From an uncultured delta proteobacterium (lineage in GTDB: Bacteria > Desulfobacterota > Desulfobacteria > Desulfobacterales > B30-G6): a stretch of 64,000 nucleotides of DNA. A program made the position numbers and the translations under genes. Where the stretch lies: contig CAWGLD010000005.1 in assembly GCA_963823335.1 (NCBI GenBank), positions 192,001 through 256,000 on the forward strand, written 5' to 3'. Shown here one piece after another: positions 1-11,160 of this stretch. The stretch's first letter is position 1. Each line of letters begins with the position of its first letter. Under the pieces are notes generated by a model. The model was not told the origin of the DNA and made no database searches. It worked only from the letters and a program-made list of their open reading frames with translations.

Positions 1-1
1 T

Positions 2-145
2 ACCCGGTGTGAGCTGTGTGTCGACGCGTGTCCGCAAAAGGGGGTGGCTTTCGACAGCCGGTCCGAACGTATTCATATCTGTGATCTTTGCGGCGGTGAA
101 CCGCTATGTATCGAGTGGTGCCCTGAAGAAGTGATTACCCTTTAA
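2..145 (+). CDS. 4Fe-4S dicluster protein, C-terminal part (partial; runs off window start), likely AOR electron-transfer partner
   Basis: Manual translation: TRCELCVDACP...ICDLCGGEPLCIEWCPEEVITL*; ferredoxin Cys motifs; directly upstream of AOR. Confidence 0.85.
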   Translation, partial: TRCELCVDACPQKGVAFDSRSERIHICDLCGGEPLCIEWCPEEVITL

Positions 146-169
146 GTCAAGATTGAAAGGAGCACAAAA

Positions 170-1982
170 ATGAAATTCAAGGGATATAAAGGACAGCTCT
201 TGGTTGTAGATCTGACCTCGGGAACCATTGGCAAGCGGGGTCTCGACGAAGCGATCCTCCAAAAATATATCGGTGGCCGCGGTCTTGCAGCCAGAATTCT
301 CTACGATGAAATCAAAGCCAAAGCCGACCCATATTCAGATGACAACCGTCTTCTCTTTATCACTGGGCCAGCCGCTGGTACGCTCATCCCCACCAGTGGG
401 CGTTACGGTGTGGGTACCAAGTCGCCTTTAACCGGAGGCTTTTCCGTAGGATATGCCGGTGGACACTGGGCCAATAATTTGAAATACGCTGGTCATGACG
501 GCATTCTATTTCAGGGCAGGAGTCCCAGTCCGGTTTACCTGTTTGTGGATGACGACAAGATCGAACTTCGTGATGCCGGAACCCTGTGGGGCAAGACCAC
601 CGAACAAACTGAAGACACCCTGAAAAATGATCTGGGAAAGGGTTTTGAAATAGCCTCCATCGGGTTTGGCGGTGAGAACCAGGTTGGCTACGCAACCATA
701 AGCAATGAGCAGCACGTGGTGGGCCGGGCCGGACAGGGTGCCGTCATGGGCTGGATGAACCTGAAAGCCGTCGCGGTTCGGGGGTCCGGAAGCGTCGATA
801 TGGGTGTTGCAGGCAGGCAAGGTATCCAGGATGTTTTTTTTCTACACAAGACCATCCGCGAGAATGAAGTACGGGGACTCTTTCGCGATGTCGGTACCAC
901 CGGCATGCTCGATCCCATAAACGAAGCAGCGGGCCAGCCCAGTTTTAATTTTCAAAAAACCTCTTTTCCAGATGTTGAAAAAATAAATGCCAACAACATG
1001 CGGCCCTGGTTTCAGAGGTTCGAATCCTGCTCCGGTTGTCCTGTGGCATGCGGCTCGATAACCAAATTCAAGCTGGACGGTGCTGACTTCACCACCGAAC
1101 GAATCGAGCATCAGAGTGTGGGAGCCCTGGCAACGAATTGCGGTATCTCCGATCTGCCGCGGGTCTTCGAAGCGCACGACCTCTGTGATAAATATGGTAT
1201 CGACACAATTTCTGCGGGTCTCTCCATCGCCTGGGCCATGGAGTGTTCTGAAAAGGGTTTGCTGTCCCTCGAAGAAGCGGACGGACTAGAAAATCAAGTT
1301 TGGCAATGCAATGGTCCTCAAGCCTTTGATTGAAAAAATCGCCCGAAAAGAAGGCATTGGTGCCTTGCTGGCCAAGGGGGTCCGGGCGGCTTCCCAGGAA
1401 CTGGGACGCGGATCGGAAAAATACGCCATGCACGTCAAGGGGCTGGAGATGCCCGGGTACGATCCGCGTGGCTTTTTCGGTATGGCTCTCAATCTGGCCA
1501 CAACCGCCCGTGGGGCCGACCATAATAAGGCTTTTACCATCGCGGCCGAGTTTCTGGGTGTTCTGGGCGATTACGACCGGTTTGCCTATGAAGGCAAGGC
1601 CGAGCTGGTCAAACGGATGCAGGATTCGACCGTTATTATCGACTCTATTATCATGTGCATGTTTACGGTGGATCTGGGTATCAGCGTGGATCTGTATGCC
1701 AAGGCCGTCAATCTCGCCACCGGTATGAACATAAGCGCTGACGATGTCTATACCATCGGTGACCGGGTCAACACGCTGGAGCGTCTGTTCAACCTGCGTG
1801 AAGGTGTCGGTTCGGACCAGGATAGACTGCCCGAACGGTTTGCCGAGGAGCCCGGTTCCGACCCGGAAGGACATGTAGTGGACGTATCCAGGATGTTGCC
1901 GGAGTATTATGAGCTCAGAGGATGGGATAAAAACGGTGTTCCGACCCCAGAGCATCTAAAAAAAATAGGCATCGACATTTAA
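170..1982 (+). pseudogene. aor: Aldehyde:ferredoxin oxidoreductase (tungsten AOR family), split by one frameshift at ~1290-1293
   Basis: ORFs 170-1333 and 1311-1982 are N- and C-halves (GGRGL, KSPLTG, CSGCPVAC, DKYGIDTIS, HVKGLEMPGYDPR, YYELRGWD); removing one A from the A4 run restores ...DGLEIKFGNAMVLKPL...; may be a sequencing error. Confidence 0.85.
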
Positions 1983-2013
1983 TACCGAATAAAAACAAGA
2001 AAGGAAAATATTC

Positions 2014-3204
2014 ATGGCAAATCTCAATGTGAATTTTGCAGGATTGGAGCTGAAGAATCCATTTATCGCAGCCTCTTCCGAGTTGACCGATGAGTTCGAC
2101 AAAATCCGATGGGCAGAAGACTTCGGCGCCAGCGCCGTTTGTACCAAACTTGCGTTTCTCCAGGTGCCCTTTTATGCGCGTCCCTACCACGTGTTTGAAA
2201 AGGGAGGCGGATTTTACTCCCCCTCCGGGCATCGCCTGGGTGTGGAAGAGGCGCAGGTACTGATCCGTAAAACCAAGGAACAGACCGAACTGAAGGTGAT
2301 TGCCAACATGATGGGCCCCGGGGAAAATCTCGAAGGCTGGGTCAAGCTGGCTCAGATGCTCGAAGAGGCCGGCGCGGATATGGTGGAACTGAACATGTCC
2401 TGCCCCAACGTCGGTCTGATGGCAAAAAAGATGAACGTCGATGTCACCGATGAACTGGGAGCCCACCTGGGCAAGAACCCCGTACTGGCGCGAGAAGTCT
2501 GCCGGGCAATCTCGAGCAATCTCACCATTCCGGTCATGGCAAAAATGACCCCGGAAGGGCCTTGTGACATCGTGGCCGAGGGGTGTCAGCAGGGTGGTGC
2601 AGCCGCGGTGTCCGGGATCAATTGCCCCATGTCTCTGCCGGGATGTGATATTTACAACGACGGAAAGCCCCTTTACCCCAGCACCCATAATCAGTCCTTT
2701 GCCGGTATTTGCGGACCTTGGATTCGCCCACTGGCCTTCCGGCACATAGCCCAGATGCGTATGAAGTGTCCTGATCTGCCCATCGCCGGTGGCGGCGGTA
2801 TATCAAACTGGCAGCAATCTGTCCAGATGGTCATGTACGGTGCCACCGTCCTGACATACTGTACCCTGTTTTACACCGATGGCTACAAGGCTTTACCCAA
2901 GCTTGAAAAAGGTGTGCGGAAGTGGATGGACGAGATGGGGCACGAAACCCTGGCTGATTTTCAGAATATTGCCCTCAAACACATCGTCACCCCGCAAAAA
3001 GTCGAATACTTTGACGCCTACCCGGTCATCGATGAAGAGAAATGTAACGGCTGCAAGGTGTGTGTAGACCTGGGTCACTGTGAAGTAATGTCCTTTGACG
3101 AGGAAAGTAAAAAGGCCCATGTCCAAAAAAAGGACAAGTGCTACATGTGCGGTGTCTGCTACTGGCTCTGCAAGCGCAAGGCCATTACCATGGAAGCTGT
3201 CTAA
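2014..3204 (+). CDS. Dihydropyrimidine dehydrogenase PreA-like / dihydroorotate dehydrogenase-family flavoprotein with C-terminal 2x[4Fe-4S]
   Basis: LKNPFIAAS, ELNMSCPN, GGGGI motifs; C-terminal CNGCKVC and CYMCGVC. Confidence 0.8.
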   Translation: MANLNVNFAGLELKNPFIAASSELTDEFDKIRWAEDFGASAVCTKLAFLQVPFYARPYHVFEKGGGFYSPSGHRLGVEEAQVLIRKTKEQTELKVIANMMGPGENLEGWVKLAQMLEEAGADMVELNMSCPNVGLMAKKMNVDVTDELGAHLGKNPVLAREVCRAISSNLTIPVMAKMTPEGPCDIVAEGCQQGGAAAVSGINCPMSLPGCDIYNDGKPLYPSTHNQSFAGICGPWIRPLAFRHIAQMRMKCPDLPIAGGGGISNWQQSVQMVMYGATVLTYCTLFYTDGYKALPKLEKGVRKWMDEMGHETLADFQNIALKHIVTPQKVEYFDAYPVIDEEKCNGCKVCVDLGHCEVMSFDEESKKAHVQKKDKCYMCGVCYWLCKRKAITMEAV

Positions 3205-3295
3205 GATTGATCTCAGTCACCAAACAAAAATCGATACGTAATATTTTATCACAACCGATGTGCTACAGAGGTTGGGAAAATGGAGGTTCTTTAAC

Positions 3296-4714
3296 ATGCC
3301 GTATGATAGCTTTCAGCATTATTTAGAGACGCTTGAAAAAAATGACTGTGTCAAGTGGGTCGAGAAAGAAGTAGATAAAGATTGGGAAATTACGAGTGTG
3401 GCTCGTAATTACTTCAGGAAAACCAAGGAAAGTGAAAGATGTGCATTGGGCTTTCGAAACGTGAAAGGGTACGACATTCCCGTGGTTCTCGGAGCCATCG
3501 GGGCATCCCGGAAAATATATGGTCTCGCCATTGAAACAGACCCTGGGTTCAGCAGTATCAAAGAGACCTTGTCCGGTGCTCTGGCAAACCCCATCGACCC
3601 GGTAGTGGTCGATAGTGGCCCGTGCAAGGATGTGATTTTGACCGGTGATGAAGTGGACTTGTACCGCTTTCCCATTCCCACATGGACACCGGAAAAGGAT
3701 CCAGCTCCATTTCTGACAGCCCCTTGTCTGTTCACACGCCACGCTGAAACCGGGGTTGGAAACATCGGAACTTACCGGATGGAAATAAAGGCCAAAAATG
3801 AAACAGGTGTGTTATGGGATCTTCCAAGCCAACATGGCGCCGTTCATTACGCCTCATGGGAAAAACGGAACGAACCCATGCCCATGGCGGTTGTCATCGG
3901 AGCGGATCCGACCATCATCATGTCATCGGTAAGCAAGGTGCCGTTGGGGGTTGACGAAATATCCGTTGCCGGAGGACTGCGTGGCAAACCCGTGGAGGTG
4001 GTCAAATGCGAAACATGCGACATATACGTACCAGCCACCGCCGAAATCGTTCTCGAAGGCGTGGTTTTGCCTGGTGAGAGTGTGGTGGAAGGACCCTTTG
4101 GGGAATACACCGGATACATGGGTGGTCCGTATATGATGCCCAAGTTTTATGTCAAGTGCATCACCCATCGCAAAAAGCCGGTCTATCACGCACTGTTCAG
4201 CCAGATGCCGCCAAGCGAGAGCAGCCTGATGCGGCAGCTGCCCGAAGAGGCCAATGTCTATCAACATCTGAACGGCTATCTGAAAATACCCGGTATAAAG
4301 GACGTTCATCTGCCTGAGGCAGGCGGGAGCTACTCCATCTGCTGGATCAGCATGAAAACCTCCTTTCCCGGACACGTACAGCAAGTCTTGTCCGCTGCCT
4401 GGACCCACCACCCCACATTTGCCAAATGGATCGTGGTCACCGACGATGACGTGGACATTCGCGACCCGTTTATACGGGAATGGATTCTGGCTTTTAGGGT
4501 GGAACCTCAAAAAGACATCACGTTTATGCCAAACACGGCCCCCATACTCCTGGATCCATCCTCGGATCCCCCCGAGGTGCCGCTATGGGATCGGCGCTCT
4601 TCCAAGGTGCTGATCGATGCCACCCAGAACTGGGAATATCCGGAAATTGCCTTGCCGCCCCAGAAGTATTTGGACCAGGCGGCTGACCAGTGGGAAAAAT
4701 ACGAATTAGATTGA
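3296..4714 (+). CDS. UbiD-family (prFMN-dependent) decarboxylase
   Basis: NIGTYRM, VPATAEIVLEG, EGPFGEYTGY, VVTDDDVD, KVLIDAT motifs; ATG at 3296 after GGAGG. Confidence 0.9.
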   Translation: MPYDSFQHYLETLEKNDCVKWVEKEVDKDWEITSVARNYFRKTKESERCALGFRNVKGYDIPVVLGAIGASRKIYGLAIETDPGFSSIKETLSGALANPIDPVVVDSGPCKDVILTGDEVDLYRFPIPTWTPEKDPAPFLTAPCLFTRHAETGVGNIGTYRMEIKAKNETGVLWDLPSQHGAVHYASWEKRNEPMPMAVVIGADPTIIMSSVSKVPLGVDEISVAGGLRGKPVEVVKCETCDIYVPATAEIVLEGVVLPGESVVEGPFGEYTGYMGGPYMMPKFYVKCITHRKKPVYHALFSQMPPSESSLMRQLPEEANVYQHLNGYLKIPGIKDVHLPEAGGSYSICWISMKTSFPGHVQQVLSAAWTHHPTFAKWIVVTDDDVDIRDPFIREWILAFRVEPQKDITFMPNTAPILLDPSSDPPEVPLWDRRSSKVLIDATQNWEYPEIALPPQKYLDQAADQWEKYELD

Positions 4715-4728
4715 TCAAGGAGAATTCT

Positions 4729-5679
4729 ATGAAAACTTTCGATATAAAAAAGGTGGCGGTTATCGGCACCGGAACCATGGGCCCGGGTATCGCCCAGGTG
4801 CTGGCTCAGCACGAGATCGATGTGCAGATATTCGACATCGATCCCGAACAGTTAATAAAAGCTCGGGAAACCCTGGGCGCGAACCTGGGCCTGGTGAAAC
4901 AGGCCGGTATGCTCTCTGACACCGAAGCGGTAGAGATCCAGAACCGGATTCAAAACGCCGCCAGTCTGGCGGATGCTGTCTTGAATGCCGACCTGGTACT
5001 CGAGGTCATTCCCGAAGTGATGGATCTCAAGACACGGCTTTTGCGTGAACTGGACGAAATCTGCGGGCCGGACACCATCCTGGCCAGCAACACCTCGGGG
5101 CTCAGCATTACCAGGATGGCCCAGGCCACCCGGCGTCCGGAAAAAGTGGTTGGTATGCACTGGTGGAACCCACCCATAATCATCCCGGTCATCGAAATCG
5201 TCAAGGGTGAGTCAACGGGTGAGGATGTTCTGCAAACAGTTGATAATCTGATCCGTAAAATAGGTAAGGTACCGGTTCTGGTCAAAAAAGACGTTCCGGG
5301 CTTTTTGGGCAATCGCTTACAGTACGCGCTCATGCGAGAAGCAATTGCGCTATTGAACGAGGGGGTTGCCAGCGCGGAAGACATCGACACCATGATCAAG
5401 GCCGGAATCGGATTCAAGTTTCCCGTTATGGGACCACTTGAAACAATCGACATGGCGGGTCTGGACATTTACTACCGCGTGTCCCAGTACCTGAATAAAG
5501 AGTTGGACAAGTCCGAAGGCGCCGCGCCCATCGTTGCCAAGATGGTCGAGCAGGGCGATCTGGGTCTCAAGAGCGGCAAAGGTTTCTACGATTATTCAAA
5601 CCAGGATGTCAAAGCGTTGATGGGTGGAAGGATTAAAAAACTGCTCCTTCTGCTGAAAGAGCTGGGATACGTGAAATAG
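4729..5679 (+). CDS. 3-hydroxyacyl-CoA dehydrogenase family protein
   Basis: GTGTMG Rossmann motif, ASNTSGL, GMHWWNP, PGFLGNRL, GLKSGKGFYDY. Confidence 0.9.
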   Translation: MKTFDIKKVAVIGTGTMGPGIAQVLAQHEIDVQIFDIDPEQLIKARETLGANLGLVKQAGMLSDTEAVEIQNRIQNAASLADAVLNADLVLEVIPEVMDLKTRLLRELDEICGPDTILASNTSGLSITRMAQATRRPEKVVGMHWWNPPIIIPVIEIVKGESTGEDVLQTVDNLIRKIGKVPVLVKKDVPGFLGNRLQYALMREAIALLNEGVASAEDIDTMIKAGIGFKFPVMGPLETIDMAGLDIYYRVSQYLNKELDKSEGAAPIVAKMVEQGDLGLKSGKGFYDYSNQDVKALMGGRIKKLLLLLKELGYVK

Positions 5680-5720
5680 CTTTTTAATTGCATCTTTATT
5701 TCCAGATGAAGGAGGCACAT

Positions 5721-6722
5721 ATGAAATCAAGCATCACACTGATCAAGGGCGCCAGGTTGATCGTGGAGCATTGCATGACGGTCAAGGCCGACGACAAGGT
5801 CCTGATTATCGCCGACGATGAGCACATGCCGGAAGCACAAAGTATTGCCGGCGTGGCATACTCACTGGGAGCCTATCCCGTGATTGCCAATGTGACCCAT
5901 CATGTCAGCGCCGCATTGGCTTCCATGACGGTGCCCATGGAACCACCGGCGCATCTGGCCCAGGCTATGCTGAACGCCGACGAGATCATCATCACCACCA
6001 ACCTGGAATGGGCAAACCGTTTTGCCCACGTAGACCCGGTCAAAGGCAGCGTCGAACGCGGTGCCAAGATAGCCTCCGTCGAGGAGGGGCTGGGCAGCTG
6101 GGACCTTGAGATCAGCGACATCGACCTGATCACCGAACGGGCGGAGAAGATAATCACGGCCATGCAAGGCGCCAAGTGGGTTCACGTAACCAATCCAGCG
6201 GGCACCGATGTCAATGTCTGTATTGAGAATCGGCCGCCACTGAAGGTCGTTCCGGTAAAAGAACCCGGTATCATGATGGGCCCAATCCCGTTGTGGGGGG
6301 AGGTCGCATATGCCGCCGTTGAGAACAAAACCCACGGCAAGATCGTGGTGGACGGTATCATGCTGGGTGTCGGGATCAGTGGCACCTTGCCGGAACATAT
6401 GACCTGGACCATCGAAAACGGTCGTGCGGTGGATATTTCCGGTGGCGAGGCAGCGCAAAAATTAAAAAAGGTCGTAGCCGATGCTGAGGAGAATGCCAAC
6501 ACCATTGCCGAATTTGCCATCGGTACCAGTCATAAGGAAAAATTCGGTAGCCCTTCTGAAAAAGGCATGCTGGGAACGGTCCACTTTGCCCTGGGGGACA
6601 ATGCCCACTGCTACCCCGGGGGACAGAGCTGGTGCAGTGTTCATCTTGATGGCAGTGTTCGGGATGTGACCATCGAAGTGGATGGCAAGCCGATTATGAA
6701 AGACGGCCAACTCATCATCTAA
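5721..6722 (+). CDS. Peptidase M29 / NicX-like metalloprotein (leucyl aminopeptidase-like fold)
   Basis: PLWGEV, GKIVVDG, AEFAIG, EKGMLGTVHFALGDN, HLDG motifs. Confidence 0.7.
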   Translation: MKSSITLIKGARLIVEHCMTVKADDKVLIIADDEHMPEAQSIAGVAYSLGAYPVIANVTHHVSAALASMTVPMEPPAHLAQAMLNADEIIITTNLEWANRFAHVDPVKGSVERGAKIASVEEGLGSWDLEISDIDLITERAEKIITAMQGAKWVHVTNPAGTDVNVCIENRPPLKVVPVKEPGIMMGPIPLWGEVAYAAVENKTHGKIVVDGIMLGVGISGTLPEHMTWTIENGRAVDISGGEAAQKLKKVVADAEENANTIAEFAIGTSHKEKFGSPSEKGMLGTVHFALGDNAHCYPGGQSWCSVHLDGSVRDVTIEVDGKPIMKDGQLII

Positions 6723-6738
6723 GAAAGAGAGGAAAGCA

Positions 6739-7101
6739 ATGGGTATCAAAATTGTCAAAATATCTGAAATCGAGGCCATTCCGCTACCCAATGACAGCTG
6801 GTCAAAAAAAGTGTTGACCGCTGAAACTGTCGGGGCCGGGAAAATGTGTATGGGTGTATCTAAATTTGCTCCCGGGGTGGTGACGGACTTGTTGGTACAC
6901 GAAGAAGAGGAGCTGGCATACGTGCTCAAGGGTAAGGGCAGCCTGCGTCTAAAGGACGGTTCAGAGGTAACATACGAAGCAGGTGACGGCATCTACATCC
7001 CACCCGGAGTAGCGCACAGCGTGGTCAACGAAGGGAACGAAGACGTCGAAATGGTTTTCGGGTTTTCTTGGCCGGACTATCCTCCCACGCACAAGGAATA
7101 A
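6739..7101 (+). CDS. Cupin domain protein
   Basis: HEEEELAYVLKGKG and GDGIYIPPGVAHSVVN cupin motifs. Confidence 0.85.
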   Translation: MGIKIVKISEIEAIPLPNDSWSKKVLTAETVGAGKMCMGVSKFAPGVVTDLLVHEEEELAYVLKGKGSLRLKDGSEVTYEAGDGIYIPPGVAHSVVNEGNEDVEMVFGFSWPDYPPTHKE

Positions 7102-7174
7102 CCGTCCGTATTGTCCGAAGACGACTGGCCGTCGTTTTCGGGCCGGACACAACCGCATTATCAGGGAGAGTTTT

Positions 7175-8056
7175 ATGAAAGCCTTTGATTATGAGCGGCC
7201 CTCGGGTTTTGAAGATGCCTGTCGGTTACTGAATGGGGCCGGTGGCAGCAAGAAAGTTTTGGCGGGAGGGACGGATCTTCTTGTCAAAACAAGACATGGG
7301 GTGATTGCTCCAGAAGGGATGATCAGTCTCAGGGACATTCCCGGGTTGTCGGACATCTCATTTGATCCTGACAAGGGTCTATCGCTCGGTGCCATGACGC
7401 GACTTACCGATGTCGAAAACGATGGTATCGTGAAAGAACAATACCCGGCACTTGGCGCGGCAGTCGCTACCATAGGATCCACACAGGTCCGAAACAGGGC
7501 CACCATCGGAGGCAACATATGCAATGCGGCACCATCAGCGGATTCACCGCCGATCCTAATCGCCTACGGGGCTTCCGTAGTTATCGGGGATGGAAAAACT
7601 GAACGAGAAGTGCTGTTAGAGGAGTTTTTTACCGGCCCAGGACAGACCGTTCTGCGGGTGGGGGAAATCGTCAAGCAGATTCTTGTCCCGACACCGCCAA
7701 AAAATGTCTTCGCTATCTACATCAAGGCCGCCAGGTCTGCCCTCGATATCGCCCTTGTCGGTGTGGCCCTTGTGGCCATTTACGATCCTGCCGATTTGGT
7801 GGTCAAGGATCTGAAAGTAGCTTTGGCGGCCGTGGCGCCGACACCGGTTCGATCCAGAGAAATGGAACGCATCGTCATTGGAAACAGACTCGACCAGGCA
7901 ATCATCGAGAAAGCCGTTGGAGAATCCTGCACCGATGCCTGTTCCATAACCGATATCCGGACAACCGAAGGCTATCGGGACACATTGGTTGAAACTCACA
8001 CCAGGCAGGCGCTTGAAGCGGCCAGGGCCTGGATCGAAAAGGGAGGTGCGCGGTGA
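7175..8056 (+). CDS. Xanthine dehydrogenase-family FAD-binding subunit (CoxM/XdhB-like)
   Basis: LAGGTDL, QVRNRATIGGNICNAAPSAD. Confidence 0.9.
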   Translation: MKAFDYERPSGFEDACRLLNGAGGSKKVLAGGTDLLVKTRHGVIAPEGMISLRDIPGLSDISFDPDKGLSLGAMTRLTDVENDGIVKEQYPALGAAVATIGSTQVRNRATIGGNICNAAPSADSPPILIAYGASVVIGDGKTEREVLLEEFFTGPGQTVLRVGEIVKQILVPTPPKNVFAIYIKAARSALDIALVGVALVAIYDPADLVVKDLKVALAAVAPTPVRSREMERIVIGNRLDQAIIEKAVGESCTDACSITDIRTTEGYRDTLVETHTRQALEAARAWIEKGGAR

Positions 8057-8523
8057 AACGGGAACTCAACACAACGATCAACGGTCAGCCTTACAACCTC
8101 TTCGTGAGCACTCACCGCACACTTCTTGAGGTCATTCGCGACGACCTCGGTCTGACCGGGACCAAGGTGGGCTGTGAGATGGGAGAGTGCGGCGCCTGTA
8201 CGGTAATCATGGATGGCCGAACGGTTAATTCCTGCCTGGTTCTGGCACATGAGGCAGAAGGTTGTGAGGTGCAAACCATCGAGGATTTGGCAAAAGATGG
8301 CAAGCTGCATCCCATCCAGACATCGTTTATCGAACACGGAGCCATACAGTGCGGTTTCTGTACTTCCGGCATGATCATGTCAACCAAAGGTCTTTTGGAA
8401 AAGAACCCCCATCCCCTAAATGATGAAATCCGTTCAGAAATGCGGGGTAACATCTGCCGTTGTACAGGATACGTCAAGATCGTCGAGGCCATTGAAGCCG
8501 TCAGGGATGGAGGTGACAAATGA
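8053..8523 (+). CDS. Xanthine dehydrogenase-family [2Fe-2S] subunit (CoxS/XdhC-like)
   Basis: GTKVGCEMGECGACTV, QCGFCTSG, GNICRCTGY. Confidence 0.93.
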   Translation: MKRELNTTINGQPYNLFVSTHRTLLEVIRDDLGLTGTKVGCEMGECGACTVIMDGRTVNSCLVLAHEAEGCEVQTIEDLAKDGKLHPIQTSFIEHGAIQCGFCTSGMIMSTKGLLEKNPHPLNDEIRSEMRGNICRCTGYVKIVEAIEAVRDGGDK

Positions 8524-10799
8524 AGGGCAACATCATCGGAAAGAGAATCCCGAGGATCGACTCGGTTCCCAAGGCCACAGGCACAGCCCAGTACACCGTG
8601 GATCTGAAACTCCCGGGGATGATTTACGGCAAGATTCTGCGAAGTCCTGTTCCCCATGCTAGAATCAAGTCCCTGGATGTGTCCAAGGCCAAAGCGGTTC
8701 CGGGTGTCTGCGCCGTGATCACGGCCGACGACGTTCCCATGGGAAAGTTCAGTTTTTTTCAATGGCTGGCGGACAAAACAATTTTCGCCTCCGACAAGGT
8801 GCGTTACGTGGGCGACGAAGTGGCCGCGGTTGCCGCCATCGATGCAGATACTGCCGAAAGGGCCATCGAACTGATCGAGGTCGAGTATGAACCTTTAGCG
8901 ACGGTTTTTGATGCAGAAGAAGCCATGAAAGAGGATGCACCACGGATACATGACGGCGAAAGCAACGTGGGATTCAAGGTCGAGCGACATTTCGGTGATC
9001 CGGACAAGGCCTTTGATTCGTGTGATTTTGTGGCTGAGGGGCGTTACAAAACCGACCGGGTTGCACATTGTTGTCTTGAAGTATCCAATTGTGTGGCTTC
9101 GTGGACGCCGGACGGGCGGTTGACCATTATGACCAATGCTCAAGCACCGCACACCCAAAGACAGGAAGTAGCCCATATACTAGACATACCGTTGCGTGAC
9201 GTACGGATTATTAATTCTCATATGGGTGGCGGATTTGGTTCCAAGCTAGTGATGGACATGAAGTTGCCCATCGCTGCGGTACTGTCGAAAAAAACAGGTT
9301 GCCCGGTCAAGATCCAGAACACAAGGGCCGAAGAGTTTTCTACAGCCAAAACCCGCTATGGATACACCATGTATGTCAAAACCGGCGCCAAAAAAGACGG
9401 CACCCTACAGGCAAGGACCGTCCGGGTTGTTGCAGACAACGGTGCCTATCACGATAAGGGCCCGGCCACTCTCAATTTTTCATCGATGATGTTCGCAACC
9501 TTGTACAATATACCCAATATTCATTACGAGGGTCTGCTGGTCTATACCAACAAACAGATGGGTACCGCGTTTAGGGGTTTTGGCAACCCGCAACTGACCT
9601 TTGCCTGCGAGGTCCAGCTCGACGAACTGGCTGAAAAAATGGGTATGGATCCCATTGAAATCAGACGCATCAATGCAAATTATCCCGGTCAAAAATTACA
9701 GTGCGGCGCAATAGTTCCCACCTGTGGGCTCAAGGAGTGCATCGACGTGGCGGCTGAAAAAATCGCCTGGAAAGAGAAATTCAACCGCAAAGAGAAGCTC
9801 AGGGGTGTTGGTGTTGCCAATATGGTCCACACGGCGGCCGGCGGCCGTTACTATGGTTACAATGCCACGGATTCTTTTTTGAAGATTTCCGATGATGGTA
9901 CGGTTTCCATTGTCACCCCCGGTCTCGAAATGGGCCAGGGAGTTCACACGGTGGTGGCCATGATCGTGGCGGAAGAGCTTGGGTTGGACATGAAATCCGT
10001 CAAGGTGCTCTCCAACGATACCGATCTGACACCCTTTGATCTCGGTTCCTGGGGCAGCAGAGCAACCTTCGTGGTTGGCAATGCCGCCTTGGCAACGGCT
10101 CGCGAAGCCCGGACTGTCATTATCGAGACGGCTGCCAAAATGCTCGATGCAAAACCGGAGTTTGTCGATCTCGAAAACGGCATGGCCCTAGTCCGGTGTC
10201 CGGGGTTGCCGGAGAGATCCGTGAGCATGGGAGAACTCGCCGCTTACGCCATCAATAAACTGAAAGCACCCATTTCGGTCAGGGGTCAATGGGCGGATGA
10301 TATTCCTGAGGATTGGGATATCAAAACGGAGTTTGTTAAAAATGTCAGAAGCTTCGCCTTTGCAACCCAGACCTGCGAGGTTGAAATCGATGCGGGCACC
10401 GGAGAGGTCAAGGTGCTCAAGTTCGTGGCTGCCCATGAAACCGGAACAACGATGAATGAAATGCTCGCCGAAGGGCAGATTGAAGGGGCGGTCATGCAGG
10501 GTATCGGTTTTACGCTTATGGAAGCGATGACCCTCGACAATGGCCGAGTGGTCAACGATGGGTTTCTGGATTACAAACTCCCTACCTTTGGCGAACAACC
10601 TGAAATAGATGTACAGCTCATCGAGACCGGTGATCCCCATGGGCCATATGGAGCAAAAGGAATCGGTGAAGCCGGGCTGGTGCCCACTGCTGCTGCGCTT
10701 GCCAACGCTATCTACGATGCGTCAGGAATACGGGTGACGGAACTGCCCGTCACCCGTGAATTCATACTCAATGCGTTGAGGGAAAAGAAGATGTCCTGA
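8520..10799 (+). CDS. Xanthine dehydrogenase-family molybdopterin-binding subunit
   Basis: GGGFGSK, AFRGFGNPQ, EMGQG, GSWGSR, GQIEG, GAKGIGE motifs. Confidence 0.93.
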   Translation: MKGNIIGKRIPRIDSVPKATGTAQYTVDLKLPGMIYGKILRSPVPHARIKSLDVSKAKAVPGVCAVITADDVPMGKFSFFQWLADKTIFASDKVRYVGDEVAAVAAIDADTAERAIELIEVEYEPLATVFDAEEAMKEDAPRIHDGESNVGFKVERHFGDPDKAFDSCDFVAEGRYKTDRVAHCCLEVSNCVASWTPDGRLTIMTNAQAPHTQRQEVAHILDIPLRDVRIINSHMGGGFGSKLVMDMKLPIAAVLSKKTGCPVKIQNTRAEEFSTAKTRYGYTMYVKTGAKKDGTLQARTVRVVADNGAYHDKGPATLNFSSMMFATLYNIPNIHYEGLLVYTNKQMGTAFRGFGNPQLTFACEVQLDELAEKMGMDPIEIRRINANYPGQKLQCGAIVPTCGLKECIDVAAEKIAWKEKFNRKEKLRGVGVANMVHTAAGGRYYGYNATDSFLKISDDGTVSIVTPGLEMGQGVHTVVAMIVAEELGLDMKSVKVLSNDTDLTPFDLGSWGSRATFVVGNAALATAREARTVIIETAAKMLDAKPEFVDLENGMALVRCPGLPERSVSMGELAAYAINKLKAPISVRGQWADDIPEDWDIKTEFVKNVRSFAFATQTCEVEIDAGTGEVKVLKFVAAHETGTTMNEMLAEGQIEGAVMQGIGFTLMEAMTLDNGRVVNDGFLDYKLPTFGEQPEIDVQLIETGDPHGPYGAKGIGEAGLVPTAAALANAIYDASGIRVTELPVTREFILNALREKKMS

Positions 10800-10806
10800 A
10801 CCGAAA

Positions 10807-10915
10807 AAGCGAGCGCATTCCCCGTAGCTTGCTGCGGGGTTAGCGAGCGAATCTAGATTAGACAGAATTCCTTACGGTCGAAGATTACTCGGAGCTTGCT
10901 GCGAGGTTCTTCAAT
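10807..10915. repeat. REP-like palindromic intergenic repeat, family A copy 1
   Basis: AGCGAGCG..TTCCCCGTAGCTTGCTGCGGGG and GGGTTAGCGAGCGAA..TCCTTACGGTCG shared with copies at 28757, 29679 and 32035. Confidence 0.75.
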
Positions 10916-11160
10916 AGCCCTTTAGGCTTACCCCGGGTAAATTATTGAAAGGGGTCTGGCGATTTTGTACGGTACGGGAACGGCTGGTCGGGTGGTTCAA
11001 TGGATCGATCGGTTGTTTTAATCGGATCAACATACAATTTAAAATGATTTTCGTTCAATAAATTATCCGCCATTGACACCAGATTTTCTCGGTGAACGAA
11101 TTTCGGATAAAGATGTGAACCGATCGATCCGCTATGGTATAGCACCTGAGGTAGACAGAC

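Noticed and set aside
1089-2745. Long antisense ORFs (1089-1955, 1915-2745 and many similar across the window)
   Set aside because: Shadow ORFs opposite well-supported genes, with no recognisable motifs.
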